A DNA stretch of 29,903 bases, taken from NCBI RefSeq assembly GCF_006345805.1, contig NW_021832877.1:1-29903 (forward strand), in the 5' to 3' direction. This DNA comes from Octopus sinensis (taxonomy: Eukaryota). Shown in pieces: positions 23,144 through 29,903 of this stretch. The notes beneath the pieces were generated by a model. It saw nothing but the letters and a program-made list of their open reading frames with translations, did no database searches and had not been told where the DNA came from. The number at the start of each line of letters is the position of its first letter. The stretch's first letter is position 1. The translations under genes and the position numbers were made by a program.

Positions 23144-23505
23144 TGCAATGTCTGTGCAAGACCCTGCCTCAGTAAAGCTGGACTCATGAGTCATCTTCGT
23201 AGTCATAAAGCGAGACAGATGAGTGACAACCTGGCCACTGGTGATGGTGTAACACACCATACTAATCATATCTGTCGGGCATGTGGAAGAGAGTGTAATT
23301 CGGCAGGAGGACTTAAACGACATGCAAAGGTACATGAAGCCCAGTTACAACTACAGCCGGCTATTACCAGTAAAGGTTTTAGTTGCCAATTCTGTACAAG
23401 ACATTGTAGATCTTTAGCCGGTCTAAAAAGTCATATTCGATCACAGCACCAGTAACAGCTAAGCTTCGTGCAATGGCCATACTCGATGACGAGGGGGCAG
23501 CCATA
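23144..23505 (+). mobile_element. 5'-truncated RTE-like LINE 3' end encoding three tandem C2H2 zinc fingers, with (ATGT)n tail (23506-23542)
   Basis: Open frame CNVCARPCLSKAGLMSHLRSH / CRACGRECNSAGGLKRHAKVH / CQFCTRHCRSLAGLKSHIRSQH* (stop 23453-23455). CxxCxRxCxSxxGLxSHxRxH is the RTE-type C-terminal finger, there are no TGEKP linkers, and a short 3' UTR precedes the simple-repeat tail. Confidence 0.78.
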
Positions 23506-24389
23506 ATGTATGTATGTATGTATGTATGTATGTATGTATGTATATGTGTATGAGACTGCTTTATCTTGCATGCTTGTGCCGTTTAGAAGGCCGAAAGGTG
23601 TGATTCGAATGAGATATGGTTTCTATTTCTAGCAGGTCGAGTGACCACGTAGAGACTCTTTGCTCTCTATTACGTAAAACGTCGAACGATACAGTGCTTC
23701 AAAGCAATTAACATTTTATGAAGACGTCTCTGGTTATCACCTGAAATTAAAGTGCACATCTGATAACAATCGAATAACGAATATACGAGGTTACGATTGC
23801 TATTCTCAACACAAGTCTCTTTCATAACTCGGTTGGCACCTATTCAGGTGTTCTACCGTTAAAACAGCATATAAAGTTTCTCTTACGCACACAGCATACA
23901 GACTGTACAACAGAAATATCTATAATCATTCTGTACACATACACTTCGAATTGGTTATGAAAATTGTTGTTTTATGAGTTGCTATATATCAGCCAACAAT
24001 ACAATCACTGGTTCTCGATACGTTATAAAGTCTTAAACAGAGAAGAAAGCGCAGATTAAGTGTAGAGTGTAAAGTGAAAATACATTAAACTATCAGTGAG
24101 TGAGACGATAAAATCCATTAGACGGTTCGGGAGCAAAACATTCCGTGTCTGTCGATGGAAATGAATTAAGTTAAAAGTGAAAGTAAATTATCAATTAAAA
24201 TATAACATTGATTGATATTAGCAACTATATAAGTTGACGTAGTGTAGACTGAGATGAGTAGCGAGGATGTATCATAGAATATATGTAATAAATATAGAAT
24301 ATTAACAGGTATTGTACGTGGTGGAAACCTTTTATGTGCGTTATATAAACACATAAATACACACGTTTACATAGACTTTAATGCTGTAA

Positions 24390-24666
24390 TGTATTTACAG
24401 ATACAAACACAAATGTGCATATACACATACATACACCCACACATATATATGTATGTGCGTGTATGTATATATGTATATATACAAATATATGTATATACAA
24501 ATATATGTATATATATACTCTGTATATATATATATATATGTGTGTGTGGTGTGTATGTATGTATGTATGTATGTATAAGCGTATATATATATATATTTAT
24601 ACATACACGTGTGTGTAAGCGGAAGGAGAGTAATAATGAGAGAGTGAGGGAGAGGGATAGATATAT

Positions 24667-24728
<62 letters not shown>

Positions 24729-24850
24729 ATATTTATAGGTATTATAGAAATGTGTTTACATATATATGCATATAAATGTATGTGTCCATGTATGTATGTG
24801 TATATTTATGTGTGTGCGTTGCGTGTGTGTGTGTGTGTCTGGGTATGTGT
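24390..24850. repeat. Compound (TA)n/(TG)n/(TATG)n/(GA)n microsatellite
   Basis: Direct reading. Confidence 0.93.
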
Positions 24851-25446
24851 GTATACGTATTTCTATGTAAATATATAGAAGTTAATGCCTTTTGCCTCAT
24901 ATCTCTGCGTATCGCTTCACAGATTACTGAAACGTTTAAAGAGTAACTGCTTGATTATACACAAGCGAAAATTTCTTCAAACACATTGAAATACGATTAC
25001 TCATCTATGCATCGAGATACGATTGGGTGTGCCATAAAAAATACCTAACCCCGCTTCATTTATCGATATACTCAGAACATCACATTTTAATCTATTCTCT
25101 CGTGGACTACTTGATGCTTTCATCTCTTCTTCACTGATGTGATTACAAAATATTGGTAAGCAGAAGAAGTTTAAATATTTATCAATCCATTAATATTATT
25201 ATTTCTTTTTTATATATAAGCTTATCATTCAGGGTGCGGAAAATCCATGAGATAGGACACACAAAGCAGTAATTAGTGGGTATTTTGGATATTCTTCAGC
25301 AAATATTGGTGGAACTGTCTGCAATAATTGACTTATTTCATGCAAAAGACTATAATAGTTCTTTACGAACTGGGGTCGAAACGTCTACAAATATTAACGG
25401 AGTGGTCAATTATAAAAACGATTTGCATGATACTCATGAATATTAA

Positions 25447-25673
25447 GGCGGCGATCTGGCAGAAACGTTAGAACGCAGGGCGAAATGCGTAGCCGTGTTT
25501 CGTCTGCTGCTACGTTCTGAGTTCAAATTCCACCGAGGTCGACTTTGCCTTTCACCATTTCGGGGTCGATGAGATTAGTACCAGTTATGTACTGGGGTCG
25601 ATGTAATCTACTTAATTCCCTCCTCCAAAATTTCAGGCCTTCTGCCTTCAGTAGAAAGGATTACTATTATTAA

Positions 25674-25721
<48 letters not shown>

Positions 25722-25729
25722 CATTATTA
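25447..25729 (+). mobile_element. SINE family A, tail type 2, with (ATT)n tail
   Basis: ggcggcgatctggcagaaacgttag...gagttcaaattcc...ccaaaatttcaggccttctgccttcagtagaaaggatt then (ATT)n from about 25665 to 25729. Confidence 0.92.
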
Positions 25730-25730
25730 G

Positions 25731-26248
25731 GGCGGCGAGCTTGTTGAATCGTTAGCATGTCGGGCGAAATGTGTAGCCGTATTTCGTCTGCCGTTACGTT
25801 CTGAGTTCAAATTCCGGCGAGGTCGACTTTGCCTTTCATCCTTTCGGGGTCGATAAATTAAGTACCAGTTACGCACTGTGGTCGATGTAATCGACTTAAT
25901 CCGTTTGTCTGTCCTTGTTTGTCCTCTCTGTGTTTAGCCCCTTGTGGGTAGTAAAGAAATAGGTATTTCTCTGCCGCTACATTCTGAGTTCAAGTTCCGC
26001 CGTGGTCCACTTTGTGTTTGATAAAATATGTACCAGCTAGGCACTGGAGTCGATGTAATCGACCAGAAATGGCCTGAAATGACCAGAAATGGCCTGAATT
26101 CTTTGCATGAACACCCTCCCTGTACATTAGCTCCATGTCCCCTACATGGCCTTGCTTTTTGCTTTTTGAGCCAAAAAATTAACTTAACTTAATCGACTTA
26201 ATCCTTCCTCGAAAATTCTAAGCTTCGGCTAAAATTTGAACCAATATT
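25731..26248 (+). mobile_element. SINE family A dimer (full monomer, tail type 1, plus 5'-truncated monomer, tail type 3), interrupted by a CR1 mini-insertion
   Basis: Junction gtagtaaagaaata|ggtatttc at about 25961. The second monomer resumes after the insertion at 26198. Confidence 0.85.
26061..26189 (+). mobile_element. Very short CR1-like 3' end inserted into a SINE, with 8-bp TSD
   Basis: Closely matches 8670-8775. TSD taatcgac at 26056-26063 and 26190-26197; tail ttaacttaact. Confidence 0.9.
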
Positions 26249-26362
26249 GTTGTCATTCATACACCAAACATTGGAAGAAGGAGGTTGTAATAAGATTTGA
26301 GAGTGATTATAATGCTTGTGTGTATATGTGTCGGTGTGTGTCGGAGTATGTAACTTTGTGTT

Positions 26363-26428
<66 letters not shown>

Positions 26429-27292
26429 GTGTGTGTGATATTCTGAATATCTCTTTATTGTATTTGCTTTTTTTATTGTTTGCCAGATTGGTTGATCACT
26501 CTGATCTGTTTTGATATGTTTTAATTTATTCCAGGTGTTTTAAATCCAGTTTACTTTTCCACTTTTGACGGACCATCATAATCAGCATTTTGGAAAATTA
26601 TCAAGAGTCGAAGTTTTCAACAAAATCCTAAGTGCCATTGACCAAATCAGTCTTATCGGAATTCTGAAGTTGGTGTAAATTTAAGACTACATTTTAAATC
26701 TTTTATGCAATTTGCTTTTTATAATAAAATCTCGTTGTGATAACTACGTTACTTTTAGTTGTGTTTGTACAAGATATTCTTAAATACTCGAGCGATTAAT
26801 ATTTTCTTCGCGCTTGTCTAAAAACTTGCTACTTCCTGTAAAACTTATTTTTGTTTTGCGGTCCTTTGTATGTTGTCTTCCTGTTCCTGAAAGATATTTT
26901 CGAGTACAGCGATAACAAACCAAGGATCAATCTCTCGTGAATACTCCTTGTAACCTAACAGCTTTTTAAATTTTAGTTGAAGGAATATTTCAAATATTCC
27001 TCCTATTCAAAATTAAGTAAAAAGATGATTAAATATGCAACGCGAAAAGAAAACAGTTCGCAAAAATATTGAATCCGAATCTAAAGCGGAAAGAGAGATA
27101 ATCAGCAACAAATACGGCTTTACTTCCGGACCAATTAATACGATGCTTGACTGCGTTGAAAGATTCCATGTTCTTCATCCAAAGAGTGCCAAACTCTTTC
27201 AATATTTTTATCAAACATCTTTTAATATTTTTAAATTCTCAAATTATTAAAATTTGATAGCAAGCAAGATGACTGAATCAAGAACACTCTGA

Positions 27293-27310
27293 TATATATA
27301 TATATATATA

Positions 27311-27366
<56 letters not shown>

Positions 27367-27600
27367 TACATATGTATATATACATATATACGTATACATA
27401 CATAATATACATACATATATACATACATGCATATATAATATATATATACATATATATACATATATATATATAATATATACATACATATACATCTACATAT
27501 ACATATATATACATATATATATATAATATTATATATATATATATATATAATATATATATACGTATGTAAATACACACATACTCACGCATACACTCGCATA
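27293..27600. repeat. (TA)n/(TACA)n microsatellite
   Basis: Direct reading. Confidence 0.93.
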
Positions 27601-27914
27601 CACACACGTAAAGACACCATATAATATATGAACTTTATGAGTATTTGATATGCATATGCCTGCATGTACTTCTGCGTATGCACGACCGTGTGTGTGTGTG
27701 TCCACCTGCTTGTCACAAATCAGCGTTTATCATTTTATATATGTATCATTAATGGAATCTCAATTCATCTTAGCCAGGTGCAATTAAGACCAATTAATAA
27801 TTACTGGGAAGCACTGCAATCTAAAATCAAGACAACCTCGTTGTTAACTTCTCTTATATAATTGAAATATGACTAAATGAGTTAAACAAGAGTGACTATT
27901 TGATAAGAACTCGC

Positions 27915-28050
27915 TAGTGAAGCAAATGGCTTAAGGGTTCAGTCCTACTCCGCAGCATATTCTACAAATGCTCGCCACTTTAGTCTCCGCCCGACTAAGG
28001 GCTTGGTGGCTGGATATGGTAGATGGAAACTAAAGGAGGTGCGTGCAAGG
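27915..28050 (+). mobile_element. Highly diverged SINE family B 5' fragment
   Basis: gggttcagtcctactc...cccgactaagggcttggtggctggatatggtagatggaaactaaaggagg resembles the family B 5' half. Confidence 0.55.
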
Positions 28051-28913
28051 GATTTACGACTTTATATTTTCTCGCCAAAAGTGCAACTGCATGTGGAAAA
28101 TTATTTGGGAGGGAAGTGACACTACTCTTTCTGTTCATGCGGAAACATTTTGGCGCCTGTAAGTGACGGAGTGCCCTACGTGTACATTTATACACCCCGG
28201 AATTCCACACACATTCTGTTTACCAAATTCATGCGTAGAATATTACCGATTCGCTGCCCTCAGCGCTCTGGGGATTACTCACTCACAGCACTCGGCGTTA
28301 AAATACATGTAAGTCATTGACAGGGGAGACAAGCGAGACAGCTCACCATCTAAGAGTGACAGATACGATCTTTCCTCCATTTTGTGTGGCTTATCAACAT
28401 CATATATCTTGAAATAACTGCGGACCAATCGATGACTATATACTAATAGTGTAAGAACCATTTGCTGGTATGCCACGACGATGAATATGTAAGATTTAAT
28501 TTAATTACGAATTAAAAGAAGCGCCAATGCAGCAAACAGTACCGCCTTCACATGCTCAATGTATGCGTTTTGCTTGTTCGACAATTCGCTGAATCGACCG
28601 AGGTAAGTGGGGAATCATTATAAACTCCTTACATTCAGGAGTTTTTCTTGAGAGTTCTTTTGGTGCTCTTCTGACTCGATTCTTACTTCGATCATGGCAA
28701 ACCTTTTGACCCTTGCGATATATTTTGTTTGTAAGCCCAAATGCGCCGTGGACACTTTTCAACTACTTGTGTAATGCACTGTGCCAGTCTTTTAGTTTTT
28801 ATGCTCAGGATTTTATAAATTATGTATTTTTTAAAATCCCCTGGAAAAAGATTTGTGGTGGGTTTAGTTTGGTCTTTCTGACTTCTTTTTTTAATAACAT
28901 CTAGTATCCTTAA

Positions 28914-29328
28914 GGTGGCGTGCTGGCAGAATCGTTAGCACGCCGGGTGAAATTCGTAGCCGTATTTCGTCTGCCGCTACGTTCCGAGTTCAAATTCTGC
29001 CAAGGTCGACTTTGCCTTTCATTGTTTCGGGGTCGATTAAATAAGTACCAGTTACGCACTGAAGTCGATGTAATCGACTTAATCCGTTTCTCTGTCCTTG
29101 TTTGTCCTCTCTGTGTTTAGCCCCTTGTGGGTAGTAAAGAAATAGGTATTTCATCTGTCTTTACGTTCAGAGTTCAAATTCCGCCGAGGTCGACTTTGCC
29201 TTTCATCCCTTCGGGGTCAATTAAATAAATACCAGCTACGCACTGAAGTCGATGTAATCGACTTAATCCGTTTGTCTGTCCTTGTTTGTCCTCTCTGTGT
29301 TTAGCCCCTTGTGGGTAGTAAAGAAATA
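28914..29328 (+). mobile_element. SINE family A head-to-tail dimer flanked by one 16-bp TSD
   Basis: Full monomer to about 29144, then a 5'-truncated monomer. TSD aacatctagtatcctt at 28896-28911 and 29329-29344. Confidence 0.93.
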
Positions 29329-29414
29329 AACATCTAGTATCCTTCTGCTGAGAAGGATACTAGATGTTATTTTTGCCTTAAAATAGAAACAAAATTACTT
29401 TGTTCATGTTCGTG

Positions 29415-29470
29415 GTGGTGGTGGTAGTGGTGGTAGTATTGGTGGCAGTAGTGATAACAGTGGTGGTGGC
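29415..29470. repeat. Degenerate (GGT/AGT)n microsatellite
   Basis: Direct reading. Confidence 0.85.
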
Positions 29471-29903
29471 AACGTTCATTGCCTTAGGAGTGTATTCATT
29501 GTCTCTGCTTCCCCTTCCCAGTCGTTCGGAAGGAACACTTCCGGTAATATCTATGCCGTCGTTATGTATGTGAGTGCTAAAGTGAAGATATATTTTCTTT
29601 TTTAGTTGTCGTTGGCAACAAAGGAAATTACTCATTGAAATTGGTTACTGACGCGTTTGTTAGTCTCAGAATGGCTTGCCATTTTTTTTCCTTCACAAAC
29701 AAGAATTTTAAAGATGCAGTTTTAAAATCTGAAAATTCATCCTTATATGTAGAATTTTCTGTGGAGAAACTCGACCAGGCGAAAGCATATGTTGTTAAGC
29801 TCCTATTCCACGTTCAAAATTTTTTCTTTCAAAAATTATTTGCAAATACACATTAAGAAACAGATAAATTTTAAAGACTACGAGAGTCGAGGTGACAACA
29901 GAC

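Noticed and set aside
26981-27001. 21-bp palindrome aggaatattt-c-aaatattcct
   Set aside because: AT-rich 10-bp arms with no element junction; plausible by chance, so mentioned only as supporting context.
4192-27607. Dozens of 60-200 aa ORFs rich in YI, CV, HT or YVCM
   Set aside because: They are translations of (TA)n, (TG)n, (CA)n and (TATG)n tracts, which lack stops by composition.
26480-28890. Coding-looking stretches (26480-27270, 28100-28890; likewise 1290-1670, 2300-2750, 8850-9540, 15700-16200)
   Set aside because: All frames are broken by stops and I found no diagnostic motif. Probably very old transposon debris; TBLASTX against Repbase would decide.
25731-29328. Repeated units separated by other sequence, superficially CRISPR-like or satellite-like
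   Set aside because: Eukaryotic context; the units are SINE monomers with Pol III boxes and TSDs, with no regular repeat-spacer period.

Overview
AT-rich eukaryotic genomic DNA, most likely Octopus or another coleoid cephalopod, judged from the tRNA-derived SINE families and the very high (TA)n/(TATG)n/(CA)n/(GAT)n microsatellite load; the taxon call rests on recognition, not a search. I recognise no intact host protein-coding gene, rRNA, tRNA or CRISPR array, and almost all ORFs in the supplied track are microsatellite or SINE read-throughs. The window is a transposon graveyard. It holds three SINE families (labelled A, B and C here; roughly 20 copies or fragments), decayed LINE pieces from about five clades (Tx1/L1-like, CR1-like x2, HERO-like, R4/Dong-like, RTE-like with three C2H2 fingers), an internally deleted maT/DD37D-like Tc1-mariner, and two kinds of long-hairpin MITE-like elements. 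The most notable structures are: (1) a SINE-head/LINE-tail chimera whose LINE 3' end resembles the tail of SINE family A; (2) one (TATG)n tract split by two oppositely oriented LINEs of different clades; (3) a recurring head-to-tail SINE dimer, one copy inserted into a long palindrome; (4) several perfect fold-back hairpins at element junctions. More speculatively there is a set of plus-strand phase-2 symmetric micro-exon candidates and an Asp-rich candidate terminal exon.
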